A stretch of DNA of 40,411 nt from an uncultured Gammaproteobacteria bacterium (GTDB lineage Bacteria; Patescibacteriota; Microgenomatia; UBA8517): positions 1,299-41,709 of the forward strand of contig CAZTGB010000004.1 in NCBI GenBank assembly GCA_964612965.1. The letters run 5' to 3'. The notes under the pieces were generated by a model. That model was given only the letters and a program-made list of their open reading frames with translations. It made no database searches and was not told the origin of the DNA. How positions within the stretch are numbered: the stretch's first letter is position 1; each line of letters starts with the position of its first letter. The position numbers and the translations under genes were made by a program. Positions 23,642 through 33,204 of the stretch are shown here, in pieces.

Positions 23642-24748
23642 TTATTTGGAGTTTTTATAAACCGCTAGTGTCTCCCCAGCCATTTTTTCCCATGAATATT
23701 TATTAGTAAATGCTTTGGCTTTTTTAATAACATTCTCTCTTTCGCTACCGTTTGTTTCTAAAGCCCTATTCATTGAATCAACTATGGAGTTAACATTAAA
23801 AGGATCAAAATAAGAAACACTATCGCCATAAATTTCCTTAAGGACTGCGATGTTTGATGTATATACTAAAGTCCCTGCCTTCATTGCTTCAAGACCGGGA
23901 AGACCAAACCCTTCAATCAAAGTTGGATAAAAAAATGCTATAGATTTGTTGTAAAAAGACAAAAGCTGATTGTCGGGAACATATCCCAAAAGTTTTACAT
24001 TTTCTTCACTGTCGTATTTTCTGGCAATGGATAATAGCCTCTGAGTAAAAACATCTCTCGCAGAAGAAATTGCTAAATTTATTTTTTCTTTTCTCTTTTT
24101 GTTTAGTAAAGAAAGCGCTTCGATTAATCTATCTAAATTCTTGTGTGGATAAGCATTGCCCACATAAGAAAAATACTTCCCAAGTCCTTTTGAATTAAAG
24201 TCTACTTGCCGCACACGTTCATCAATACCTTCATAAGTTACAACAACTTTTGATTCCGAAATCTTATAATAATCCAACAAATCCCTCTTAACTGTATTTG
24301 TAGGAACAATAACTCGATAAGCCCCGTAAACCGCTCTGGCAAATGAAATATGATATCCGAGTCTCCAAATTTGATAAATTGGAAATGGTCTAGTTGTAGC
24401 TTCTCCACCACTACTCTTGTGCATTATAAGATCGTGTATCGTCACAATAAATTTACCGAAGTAAAATATTGGGACATTAAAATGTGGAAAGTGAACGATA
24501 TCTGGTTTAATTTTATAAAGTATTAAAGGTAATCTAAATTGTTCTAAAAAAGTATAATGTTTAAAATCAGCCAAAACCTTTGTCCAGTTTTTTGGAAAAT
24601 TTAATTCATCATAATCTTCTTTTCTAAGTAAAATAAAATACTCATTCTCTCTGTCAATTTTTGTAAGGTTTTCTACAAGATTCATGGTATATCTGCCGTT
24701 TCCGGTATGCTTGGTGCCATAAAGTCTTGCATCAATTACTATTCTCAT
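23642..24748 (-). CDS. Glycosyltransferase family 4 (GT-B)
   Basis: EGFGLPGLEAMKAGTLVYTSN. Confidence 0.8.
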   Translation of the reverse strand: MRIVIDARLYGTKHTGNGRYTMNLVENLTKIDRENEYFILLRKEDYDELNFPKNWTKVLADFKHYTFLEQFRLPLILYKIKPDIVHFPHFNVPIFYFGKFIVTIHDLIMHKSSGGEATTRPFPIYQIWRLGYHISFARAVYGAYRVIVPTNTVKRDLLDYYKISESKVVVTYEGIDERVRQVDFNSKGLGKYFSYVGNAYPHKNLDRLIEALSLLNKKRKEKINLAISSARDVFTQRLLSIARKYDSEENVKLLGYVPDNQLLSFYNKSIAFFYPTLIEGFGLPGLEAMKAGTLVYTSNIAVLKEIYGDSVSYFDPFNVNSIVDSMNRALETNGSERENVIKKAKAFTNKYSWEKMAGETLAVYKNSK

Positions 24749-25587
24749 ATAAATTTGGATTTCAAAAATCTAAAAAACTTCAGTAAATATATTCCAGTTA
24801 AAACAAAATAATTAAAGACTAATGGATATCTATCCCAAAGATTTTTTCTCACAAAGTATTCCATAGAATCCATTCCTTGCATTTTCCTATTTATTCCTCC
24901 AACTTTGTTTTTTGTAGCCTTTTTAATGTGTGTTATTGAAACCTCGGGATAATAAACTATTTTGTAGCCAAGTTTTTTTACTTGAAAGCAAAGGTCAATA
25001 TCCTCTCCATCGAATTCGTATTTCTCATCAAACCAATTAACACTGTCTAATATCTTTTTTTTAGTTAAAAAAAACGCTCCCTGAATGACATCAACCTCAT
25101 GAGTTTTATTCTCATCAACATCAAGATACCAGTAATTTCTCCCACTTTTTAAGAATAATCTACTAAAAGAATTCCAAGGGTTAGGAAATCTTCTTCTCGT
25201 ATCGCGATCAAGTTTTCCATTAGGTAAAACCAATTTACAAGAAAGGGCTCCCACATCGTTATTATTTTCTAAATATTCAACAGACTTCTTAAGAGCATTC
25301 TCATGAACAATCGTGTCTGAATTTAAAAACAGTATGTACCGCCCGCGAACAATATCTTTTGCTCTATTATTTCCATTGGAGTAACTAATATTTGGTCCCG
25401 TAATTAATTTCACCCAAGGAAATTGACCGTGAACCATTTCTCGACTTCCGTCACTCGAATTATTATCAGAAACGATAACCTCAAATAGTAATTCATCCCT
25501 TACTTTTTTTAACGAGTTCAAACAATCAAAAAGAAGGTCTTTTGTATCATGATTTAAAATAACTATTGATAATTTTGGGTTGTTCAT
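24745..25587 (-). CDS. Glycosyltransferase family 2 (GT-A)
   Basis: LSIVILNHD…, VSDNNSSDGS, LNSDT. Confidence 0.8.
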   Translation of the reverse strand: MNNPKLSIVILNHDTKDLLFDCLNSLKKVRDELLFEVIVSDNNSSDGSREMVHGQFPWVKLITGPNISYSNGNNRAKDIVRGRYILFLNSDTIVHENALKKSVEYLENNNDVGALSCKLVLPNGKLDRDTRRRFPNPWNSFSRLFLKSGRNYWYLDVDENKTHEVDVIQGAFFLTKKKILDSVNWFDEKYEFDGEDIDLCFQVKKLGYKIVYYPEVSITHIKKATKNKVGGINRKMQGMDSMEYFVRKNLWDRYPLVFNYFVLTGIYLLKFFRFLKSKFI

Positions 25588-26786
25588 TTTTGGCTTACAA
25601 GTTGCGAATATTCTTTGTTTAGATCATCAACAATAGATTCCCAACTAAAATTATTTAACACATACTTTTTCCCCTCATATGCTAACCTTTTAGCAAGATC
25701 AGCGTTTTTTAGAACCTTAACAGCCATCTCAGCCAATATCTCGGGTTCAGATGCAACCATTGCTTGAACCCCATTTTCAATCTTTAAACCAGCCACACCA
25801 ATTGGAGTTGATACAACTGGTAAGTCTGATGCCATAGATTCAAATACTTTTAATCGTGTTCCCCCAGGGCTCATAATAGGGGCCACAATAACAGACGCAG
25901 CTTTAAAAACATCACGATTATCTTTTGGAGATTCGCTTATTTCAATATCAGTGTCGCGTCTTGCCAAACTTAAAGTACCACCAGGAATTGACCTACCCGA
26001 TATCCAAAGCTTAACTCCTTTAACCTTTCCTTTTATAAGTGGCCAAATTTTCTCAATTAAAATATTCACAGCCTCGACATTCTGCATCCATTTATAATCG
26101 CCATGATACAAAACCCTGGGTGGATCTTTTCTCTTTAGTTTCTTTTTTTCAAAATTGGCAACATCGACCCCATTCGGAATAATACCCACTTCAACATTTG
26201 GTAACTCATGTTCCATAATCTCCTTATCCTCTTCAGAAACCGCAAAAACCTTACTGGCACGCCTCCAGTAATATTTTTCCCAAAATTTAAGTTTGATTAC
26301 ATCAAATAAATAAATAGGTTTAAGTATCCATGGAACTTCGTTGTCAACATAATGTTGATAAACAGAAAATTCAATGGTTGGATCAACTAAAACAATCGGT
26401 ATCTTTGTTTTCGGAATGTGAGGCATAACATAAAATGTTTCCGCATGAATCAAATCATACTTATTATTTTCAAGCTCCTTTTTAATTGCGGTTCTTTCTT
26501 CCAAAGAAAAATTTCTTATAACAACTAAGGGGTTAAAACTAACTAAAGTTAAGAATAAGTTTCGAATTGTCCAAGGGGACTTTGGTCTGTCAAAAACTAA
26601 AACTTTTTCACAATATTTCTTTATTTCAGGCAAAAAAGATAATTCTTTCTCCTTGTTCCCCCTTATTAAGGACATTACTGTAATTTTGTGTTCTTTAGAC
26701 AAAACTTTAATTAAGTGATACCAGCGAGTCTGCCCCCCAGACATTTGGTCAATTGGCAAAAACGGCAAAAGCATTAGTATTCTCAT
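25584..26786 (-). CDS. Glycosyltransferase family 4 (GT-B)
   Basis: GGTRLKVFESMASDLPVVSTPIGVAG, N-terminal SGGQTRWYHL. Confidence 0.75.
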   Translation of the reverse strand: MRILMLLPFLPIDQMSGGQTRWYHLIKVLSKEHKITVMSLIRGNKEKELSFLPEIKKYCEKVLVFDRPKSPWTIRNLFLTLVSFNPLVVIRNFSLEERTAIKKELENNKYDLIHAETFYVMPHIPKTKIPIVLVDPTIEFSVYQHYVDNEVPWILKPIYLFDVIKLKFWEKYYWRRASKVFAVSEEDKEIMEHELPNVEVGIIPNGVDVANFEKKKLKRKDPPRVLYHGDYKWMQNVEAVNILIEKIWPLIKGKVKGVKLWISGRSIPGGTLSLARRDTDIEISESPKDNRDVFKAASVIVAPIMSPGGTRLKVFESMASDLPVVSTPIGVAGLKIENGVQAMVASEPEILAEMAVKVLKNADLAKRLAYEGKKYVLNNFSWESIVDDLNKEYSQLVSQK

Positions 26787-26789
26787 ATT

Positions 26790-28163
26790 TTATTTTTCGA
26801 TACTCTGATGTAAATCTAGAATTACAAATCTATCAGTTTTTAAGACGGTCTTAAATCTCTTAGAAAAATTAATGGTATCGGTACTCCCCAGGTCAATCGA
26901 AACATAAAAGTCAGCTCCTTTTTCAATAATATGATCAATTGAATCATCAACGGCTGGCCATCCGCGTCTTTTAGTTTGATATAAAAATGCTGTGTCGCCA
27001 TTGTAAGGAATTACAATTTCAGCATCTTTGGGTAACTTCTCATCAACAATCATCCCAACCTCTATAAGTTCTGGGTGGTTAATTTGATAAAAAGGTTTTA
27101 TTCTGTCCCAAGAAATCAAAAACATTATAAGAAGGGAAGCAAATAGTACTATTTTTGACTTCTTCCAAAGAACAACCGATCCCAAAGCTAAAGTCATAGA
27201 GATCATTGGAATAATTAGTATTTGATAGTAGTCATGGCGAACATTAGCTGTTGCAACAACCGTAAGATATGTAACAGCTCCCAAAACGAAGTAGAGATTA
27301 AATTTGTTCTTTAAATTCTTAGTAAGACCTAAAACAAACGGAGCAACGCCTCCAGCCCCCAATATTAAAATTCCAATTCGCTCGCCAAATATCCATCTAA
27401 AAAATGCTGGATGGAATCTGATTCTATCCCCATTAAACGCCCAGGTATAAAACGGTATCCCTTCAGGAAATTGAGAAATCCAGAGTCTCCAAGCTGCAAA
27501 TGGAGCAAACGCAATTGCCAAAAATATTAAATTTCGCTTTAGGTTTTCTTTTTTAAGCAGTTCGGGAATTAATGGGAAAAGATACACCCCAAAGAAAGGT
27601 TTTTGAAGAAGTGCAAAAGCAAAGAGCAGTCCTGAAATAATATTATTAATTCCAAAGAAATAAAGACCAGATACTGCAAACAGTACCCCCAACGGATCTG
27701 GTAAGATTACTCTCGTAAAGTAAATATTAAACGGCAAAAACATATAGAAGAATGACGCAAGAAGGCCCGCTTTAGTCGAATAATGCTTCCTGCCAAGCAG
27801 GAAAAGGAATAATCCTGTAAGTGTTGCTATGAAGGCAGTTAGCCCCCTTCCCCACACTTCCAAACTAAACTTTCCAAATTGATTAAACAAAGTTGCATGA
27901 ATCGCATTGTAAATTGGAAATTCCACCATCCTGTATCCCTCAGGATTAAATATTCCTGTTTGAATACTTGAGATATCATCATATACAGGGCGCAGCATAT
28001 TAACTCCATCTCGAGCAAAGTTTCGAGAAACCGCAGCAGTATCTGCTTGACGCCAGCTATGCCAATCTGCAATAGGGTTATCTATTTTGTAAAAACGTGT
28101 CCCAAAACCCAAAATTAGGATCAATAGTAACAAAATGTACTCAAAGTTAATTTTCTTGATCAT
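26790..28163 (-). CDS. GT-C fold polyprenyl-phosphate-sugar-dependent glycosyltransferase (ArnT/PMT, GT39/83-like)
   Basis: About 11 TM N-terminal region with first-loop motif DWHSWRQADTAAVSRNF, plus a soluble C-terminal domain. Confidence 0.6.
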   Translation of the reverse strand: MIKKINFEYILLLLILILGFGTRFYKIDNPIADWHSWRQADTAAVSRNFARDGVNMLRPVYDDISSIQTGIFNPEGYRMVEFPIYNAIHATLFNQFGKFSLEVWGRGLTAFIATLTGLFLFLLGRKHYSTKAGLLASFFYMFLPFNIYFTRVILPDPLGVLFAVSGLYFFGINNIISGLLFAFALLQKPFFGVYLFPLIPELLKKENLKRNLIFLAIAFAPFAAWRLWISQFPEGIPFYTWAFNGDRIRFHPAFFRWIFGERIGILILGAGGVAPFVLGLTKNLKNKFNLYFVLGAVTYLTVVATANVRHDYYQILIIPMISMTLALGSVVLWKKSKIVLFASLLIMFLISWDRIKPFYQINHPELIEVGMIVDEKLPKDAEIVIPYNGDTAFLYQTKRRGWPAVDDSIDHIIEKGADFYVSIDLGSTDTINFSKRFKTVLKTDRFVILDLHQSIEK

Positions 28164-29532
28164 TTAGCTTGTTTCTTATCACGATAACGGACAATCCCAC
28201 CAAAAGCCAAAGCATTATGGCAAATTTAGAAGCTTCAAAAACATCTATAAATAGAGCACTTATAAGAGTACCCACAACTCCCCCCATTATACCTGCAACA
28301 AACCCAAGTTCAATACCGCTAAATTTACTAGTTAATGGCAAAGCCTTTATATATAGAATAGCTAAATTAAAAAGAATCAGACAGAATGCAAAAAATCCCA
28401 GTATCCCAACTTCACCTAAAAGTCTAAGGTAGTCGTTGTCAGTTGCAAGACTAATTGATGAGTACCCAGTTCCTAAAAGTGGATTTTTATACATCGCTCT
28501 GATTGCCCTCGGCCATTCAACATTAAATCTAATTGATGATGATCTATCCTCAAACACAGGAACGGGGGTCGGAGTTCTGGTTTCTTCGACCTTCTCGGGA
28601 AGAATTGTTTCCTGGGCACGGACCTCAATCATGGAAACCACTTTCAAATACAAAACATCAAATACCCTTTTATATCTTGCGAATAAGCTGGGTGAAAAAG
28701 CGCTTAAGGTTATGCTAAGTAGGACAACAACAACCATAACTTTATACTTCTTCATTAAAAATAGTGAAACACTTACAGCTGCGATGTATGAAACTAGTGA
28801 AACCCTAGAAAGTGAATTAACTAAAAGCCAAAACCCAGAAAGCGAGACTAAAGCCAAAATTATTTTAGTTACTTTATCTTTAAAAACAAAAAATAAACTT
28901 ATAAGTATTGGTAAAACCAAAACCAAATAGCTCGCCATGTCATAATGCCCCGCAAAAGTTGAGCTTATGTGGCTTCCTTGCGTCCAAGTTAGTGCAATTC
29001 CTTTTGAATACTCTTCATTTTGAGTGATTATTACCGGAAAATTAAAGTATCTTTGTCCAAATCCGTAAACAAAAAGTATAAAAACAGTTACTGCAATTGT
29101 TTTGACATAAAACTCCATATTCTCTTTTTTGCCAAGCGCCGCAAAAGATAAAACAAAGAATAAAGGAACAAAATATTCTAAGCGCCTAAAAAGATGAAGT
29201 AGTCCAATCGAAAGATCGATAGTTTTAGTTAGAAATACTCCTGAGATTAGTGACACAGCGCCAACCAAAAGAAAAAGAGCTATTGATCTAACCAAATTGT
29301 CTTTTAAAAGCTGTTTAATCTTTGGGACAAGCCTTAATAAAGCAATTGTCCCAAGTATGGCCAGAAGAAAATCTTCAAGTCTAATTGATACATAAATTCC
29401 AGGAATTCTTAAGAATGGGAATTTGGGATACAAAGGAATAATAATAAGAAGAGCCGCTACAAAGTATTTAGATAGTATCTCAGGCAATTTTAAAAGCTTT
29501 TGCATATGTTTTAGCTGACCCTCCTCCTTCAA
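28147..29532 (-). CDS. O-antigen ligase/polymerase-like (Wzy_C domain) membrane protein
   Basis: Polytopic protein with large loop followed by NDYLRLLGEVGILGFF, typical of the Wzy_C family. Confidence 0.6.
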   Translation of the reverse strand: MKEEGQLKHMQKLLKLPEILSKYFVAALLIIIPLYPKFPFLRIPGIYVSIRLEDFLLAILGTIALLRLVPKIKQLLKDNLVRSIALFLLVGAVSLISGVFLTKTIDLSIGLLHLFRRLEYFVPLFFVLSFAALGKKENMEFYVKTIAVTVFILFVYGFGQRYFNFPVIITQNEEYSKGIALTWTQGSHISSTFAGHYDMASYLVLVLPILISLFFVFKDKVTKIILALVSLSGFWLLVNSLSRVSLVSYIAAVSVSLFLMKKYKVMVVVVLLSITLSAFSPSLFARYKRVFDVLYLKVVSMIEVRAQETILPEKVEETRTPTPVPVFEDRSSSIRFNVEWPRAIRAMYKNPLLGTGYSSISLATDNDYLRLLGEVGILGFFAFCLILFNLAILYIKALPLTSKFSGIELGFVAGIMGGVVGTLISALFIDVFEASKFAIMLWLLVGLSVIVIRNKLNDQEN

Positions 29533-30424
29533 TCATACCGAAAAGAACAATTCTCCCCAATGCCCCAATTTTTAGAAATAATCTCAAAAGAGGATACTGC
29601 CAGGAAGGGTAATGCTTTTTATAAAATTTTTTAACCCCCTCATACTCATTAATTAGCGAAAACTCGCTTGTTTTACTGCTAGCTCCCCCAAGATGAGTAA
29701 TGCTCCATTTTGGATAGTACCATACTTGATAACCCAGCTTTTTAACTCTAAAACATAGGTCTACTTCTTCAACATACATAAAAAATGTTTCATCCCATCC
29801 ACCTACTTCTTCTAAAATTTTCTTCCTTGTTAAAAGAAATGCCCCAGTCACCCAATCAAGTTGCTTTTTTGATTTATGACGCTCCTCGGGCGACATGTCA
29901 GCATTTATGCTGCCATAAAACTCGTCTCCCTTTGCAAAAAACGATTTTGAATGGTGCGGATGAAATGGTTTAATCAGTTTATCTACAAATGGAATATCCT
30001 GAATAGTCATCCAAGAAAAAACGCTGAGTAGGGTAGGGAAATATCCTCCAGTTGCCTGGATGCTCCCATCTTTATTATTAAGAGCACTCGTTGCAACCCC
30101 CACTTTTGGATTTTCTTTAAGATAGGTTACCATCTCTCCTAGAACATTATCTTTAATCTCAGTATCCGAGTTAAGAAAAAGGATGAATTCCCCTTTTGCA
30201 ATCTCTGTCCCCTGATTGTTTGCCTTGGCAAATCCAAAATTTTCTTTATTCGTAATTACTTTTACTCCTAATGCGCTTGCGGCCTCAACAGATCCATCTT
30301 TAGAATTATTATCAACCACAATAATTTCATAATCTATTCCTTTAGTGTATTTTTTTACCGAGGCAATACACGAAGATAGCATTTCTTTCGTATTAAAGCT
30401 GACTATTATTATAGAGAGATCCAT
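29480..30424 (-). CDS. Glycosyltransferase family 2 (GT-A)
   Basis: LSIIIVSFNTKEML, VVDNNSKDGS, LNSDTE, VEEVDLCFR. Confidence 0.8.
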   Translation of the reverse strand: MDLSIIIVSFNTKEMLSSCIASVKKYTKGIDYEIIVVDNNSKDGSVEAASALGVKVITNKENFGFAKANNQGTEIAKGEFILFLNSDTEIKDNVLGEMVTYLKENPKVGVATSALNNKDGSIQATGGYFPTLLSVFSWMTIQDIPFVDKLIKPFHPHHSKSFFAKGDEFYGSINADMSPEERHKSKKQLDWVTGAFLLTRKKILEEVGGWDETFFMYVEEVDLCFRVKKLGYQVWYYPKWSITHLGGASSKTSEFSLINEYEGVKKFYKKHYPSWQYPLLRLFLKIGALGRIVLFGMIEGGGSAKTYAKAFKIA

Positions 30425-30930
30425 TTAAATAATTTTAGAGCTATTACCCACTCGCGAATAAGTAGCCAAGTAACGCTAATTGTTAAAACTCCAACTAGAA
30501 GCCTTATGAATAGAGTTGACCCTACATATTTAACTATAACTTTTCCTTCATAACGAACTCCTTCTACTTCAAGTATTTCCTGATCGCTTTTTGGTCTATA
30601 TCCGCTAACAAAAAATGATTCACGCATAGGGTGAACTATTTCTTCCAAAAAATTGCTTTTTGTTTGATCGCGGATTAATGTTTGTGATTCCTCAGGCGGA
30701 TAGTTTAGTCTCATCCCCCATTCAAACTCCCGAGAATAGTGGCTCATCAACTGTTCGCGAGTTATATTCGTATAGTAGCCCCTCCTTAATGGTGTTTCTT
30801 GATCAGCTGGCTGGGTTGATACCTTAAAATCCCAAAGAGCTTCCGGAAACTCTGGTTCAGGAAGAGCCAAATAAACTAAAAAAACAACACTTAAGAGCAA
30901 AAAAAGAAGTGATAAAGATCTTTTAACCAT
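30409..30930 (-). CDS. Hypothetical protein with N- and C-terminal TM segments
   Basis: Long ORF embedded in the operon with overlaps on both sides. No family recognised. Confidence 0.55.
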   Translation of the reverse strand: MVKRSLSLLFLLLSVVFLVYLALPEPEFPEALWDFKVSTQPADQETPLRRGYYTNITREQLMSHYSREFEWGMRLNYPPEESQTLIRDQTKSNFLEEIVHPMRESFFVSGYRPKSDQEILEVEGVRYEGKVIVKYVGSTLFIRLLVGVLTISVTWLLIREWVIALKLFKWISL

Positions 30931-31532
30931 TATTGAAAGAGTCTGGCACGTCCTAATTTGTAGTTTGGATTTTTATTTGCACGCTCTCCGATTACTTTTG
31001 CTGGAACCCCGCCTACAATTGCAAAAGGAGGAACATCCTTAGTAACAACCGCTCCAGCAGCAACAACCGATCCTCGTCCAATTTTTACTCCAGGTAAAAT
31101 TATCACTCTTGGGCCAATAAAAACATAATCTTCAATTACAACTGGCTCTTCTATGGCAGAAAAATCATCTTTCCCAAGATCATGTTCGGAATTATAGATC
31201 ATCACATATGAAGCGATGTCTACATGATTTCCAATGGTAAGTTTTGCTCGGCCGTCCAAAAACGCATGGTCGCCAATAATAGTGTCTTCCCCTATTGAAA
31301 TATTATTCGGCTGAAAGAAACTTGCCCACATATGGATAGTTGATCCTTTCCCAATCTTCATTTCAAAAAATCTATATTTAATCTTTCTAATAGTATGGAA
31401 TGGAATATGGCCGACCCATCTTAGAAGCATTAATTCAAAGTCCAGCCAATAATTGTAAAGTCGGTTTAAGATTTTTGGAAATGCTTGTCCTGGTGTTAAA
31501 TTTCTTCCAGTTTTATCTTTAAAAAATGTCAT
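30930..31532 (-). CDS. Hexapeptide-repeat (left-handed beta-helix) O-acetyltransferase
   Basis: Repeated [LIV]G-x4 hexapeptides: IGEDTIIGDHAFLDG…IGNHVDI…IGPRVIILPGVKIGRGSVVAAGAVV. Confidence 0.8.
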   Translation of the reverse strand: MTFFKDKTGRNLTPGQAFPKILNRLYNYWLDFELMLLRWVGHIPFHTIRKIKYRFFEMKIGKGSTIHMWASFFQPNNISIGEDTIIGDHAFLDGRAKLTIGNHVDIASYVMIYNSEHDLGKDDFSAIEEPVVIEDYVFIGPRVIILPGVKIGRGSVVAAGAVVTKDVPPFAIVGGVPAKVIGERANKNPNYKLGRARLFQ

Positions 31533-31533
31533 T

Positions 31534-32664
31534 TTAGTTATTTGTTTTTTCTAAAATTTCTAAAGTCTTCTTGGCAGTTGTCTCCCAAGAAAATCTACTT
31601 GCTTGCTTGAGTCCTTTAGTAACTGCTTTATTATACTCGTCTTTATTCATAGAAAGAACCTTTTTAATTCCATTAGCAATACTATTTGTACTATGAGGAT
31701 CCACTAGAATTCCTGCATCTCCAACAACCTCAGGAATGCTCCCCACATTAGAAGCCACCACCGGCACTCCGCAGGCAATTGAATACAAAGCATCTAGTCC
31801 AAAACCTTCCCAAAATGACGGTAAAGCAAACACTTTTGCTCCCCTAAAAAGCGCTGGCTTATCTTCCTCGGAAAAGAAATCAGTAAACACAATTTTATCT
31901 TTTAAACCCAATCTTTCGGCCTTTTCAAATATGGAATTAAACAGCCACCCTTTCTTCCCAGCAATAACCAACTTAAGTTTGGGGTAGTCTTTAACGACAA
32001 AACTAAAAGCCTCAATTAATCCCTCGATATTCTTACTTGGTTTTAGCGTTCCTAAATACAAAATATAGTCATCAACTATGGAGTATCTATTTTTGACGCG
32101 TCGCACATCGGAAGATGAAATAGACGTATTGAATCTCTCCTTGTCATACCCAAGATGAGTGACCGAGATTTTGGGCTTTGCAAATGGATAGTGTCGTACA
32201 ATCTCATTCTTGACGCTCTCCGAAATGGAAATGATACGTTTTGATACAATAATTGACATAGCACTCCAGATACGCAACTGCCAAAATACTTTTTTTGTAA
32301 ATTGTCCCGAAAATTCGAGATATCCGAGGTCCATAATTGAACACACTCTGGGAACAAGTGAAAATGGCACTGTATAATGGCTTGGAGAGAATAACACATC
32401 CAACCTATCAGGGTTTGTAAGTAGATATGGCATTAGCTTTGTCACAACCCAAAGTCCTCCGCCCGGAATAATTTTATATTTGAAGTTTTGCTTTTCTTTC
32501 GGAAAGTCGAAAAGGGGTTTTTCTTTCAAGTAAACTATAAGACTATGAGGATTCTTACCATTCTCCTGTAGTTTATATAGATTCCAAATGATCTGAAATG
32601 CATATTCATTAACTCCTACCCTTTTTTCGACATTAGCCTCGTTTCCATCTATTCCTATTATCAT
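31534..32664 (-). CDS. Glycosyltransferase family 4 (GT-B)
   Basis: EGFGLDALYSIACGVPVVASNVGSIPEVVGDAG. Start set at MIIGIDGNEAN (32664) rather than the tracked 32718. Confidence 0.8.
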   Translation of the reverse strand: MIIGIDGNEANVEKRVGVNEYAFQIIWNLYKLQENGKNPHSLIVYLKEKPLFDFPKEKQNFKYKIIPGGGLWVVTKLMPYLLTNPDRLDVLFSPSHYTVPFSLVPRVCSIMDLGYLEFSGQFTKKVFWQLRIWSAMSIIVSKRIISISESVKNEIVRHYPFAKPKISVTHLGYDKERFNTSISSSDVRRVKNRYSIVDDYILYLGTLKPSKNIEGLIEAFSFVVKDYPKLKLVIAGKKGWLFNSIFEKAERLGLKDKIVFTDFFSEEDKPALFRGAKVFALPSFWEGFGLDALYSIACGVPVVASNVGSIPEVVGDAGILVDPHSTNSIANGIKKVLSMNKDEYNKAVTKGLKQASRFSWETTAKKTLEILEKTNN

Positions 32665-32686
32665 ACTATATTTATGAAGTTTACTT

Positions 32687-32782
32687 TTATTTCTTCCTTG
32701 AAGCAATAATTGCCACAACCACAGCGACTACCGCAACAAGAGCAGAAATGATAGTGCTAGTTATTTCGTTCCATTCAAACAT
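32687..32782 (-). CDS. 31-aa single-TM peptide (MFEWNEITSTIISALVAVVAVVVAIIASRKK), not in the ORF track
   Basis: ATG at 32782 and TAA at 32687-32689. The start lies 2 nt after the stop of the preceding peptide. Same architecture as its neighbour. Confidence 0.5.
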   Translation of the reverse strand: MFEWNEITSTIISALVAVVAVVVAIIASRKK

Positions 32783-32784
32783 GT

Positions 32785-32880
32785 TTATTTCTTCTTAACA
32801 AAAATTACCACCAACCCCATTATTATAGCGGCAAGTCCAGCCATTATAGCTGCAGTATTGTAATCAACAGAACTTATCAT
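32785..32880 (-). CDS. 31-aa single-TM peptide (MISSVDYNTAAIMAGLAAIIMGLVVIFVKKK), not in the ORF track
   Basis: ATG at 32880 overlaps the TGA of the 67-aa ORF (ATGA). TAA at 32785-32787. Confidence 0.5.
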   Translation of the reverse strand: MISSVDYNTAAIMAGLAAIIMGLVVIFVKKK

Positions 32881-33080
32881 TTCTTTTTTAATAATACACC
32901 CATATAGAGAAAGACTAAACTAAAAATTAATACAATAGCAAAACCAATCACTCTTGTAACAATCGAGTCAAAGCCAGCAATTCCTTGGCCTAAAATCGCG
33001 GCCAACATTAACCCTTTTGCCACATCAACACAAAATTCGGAGACCGCCAAAACCTGAGAAGATGTCAGTAAAATCTTCAT
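32877..33080 (-). CDS. 67-aa two-TM membrane protein ending in KKK
   Basis: Tracked ORF with a good promoter directly upstream. Two hydrophobic segments and a C-terminal LLKKK tail. Confidence 0.55.
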   Translation of the reverse strand: MKILLTSSQVLAVSEFCVDVAKGLMLAAILGQGIAGFDSIVTRVIGFAIVLIFSLVFLYMGVLLKKK

Positions 33081-33086
33081 TAACTA

Positions 33087-33115
33087 ATTTTAGGCCAAAA
33101 GTAGGCTTTCTGCAA
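33087..33115 (-). promoter_or_regulatory. Promoter TTGCAG-17-TAAAAT with ATG 6 nt downstream (leaderless geometry)
   Basis: -35 rc of ctgcaa 33110-33115, 17-nt spacer, -10 rc of atttta 33087-33092, TAGTTA, ATG 33080. Confidence 0.5.
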
Positions 33116-33146
33116 AGAAAACCCCCGAGTCGTAATGAACCGGGGG
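33114..33146 (-). terminator. Rho-independent terminator (CCCCCG…CGGGGG followed by TTTTCTTT)
   Basis: Arms at 33141-33146 and 33122-33127, 13-nt loop, U-tract 33114-33121. Lies downstream of the GT4 gene ending at 33205. Confidence 0.5.
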
Positions 33147-33204
33147 GATTTAGCAAACCAACAGCACTTCTTAAGGAAGTACAAGCAGATACTACCATAT
33201 TAAG

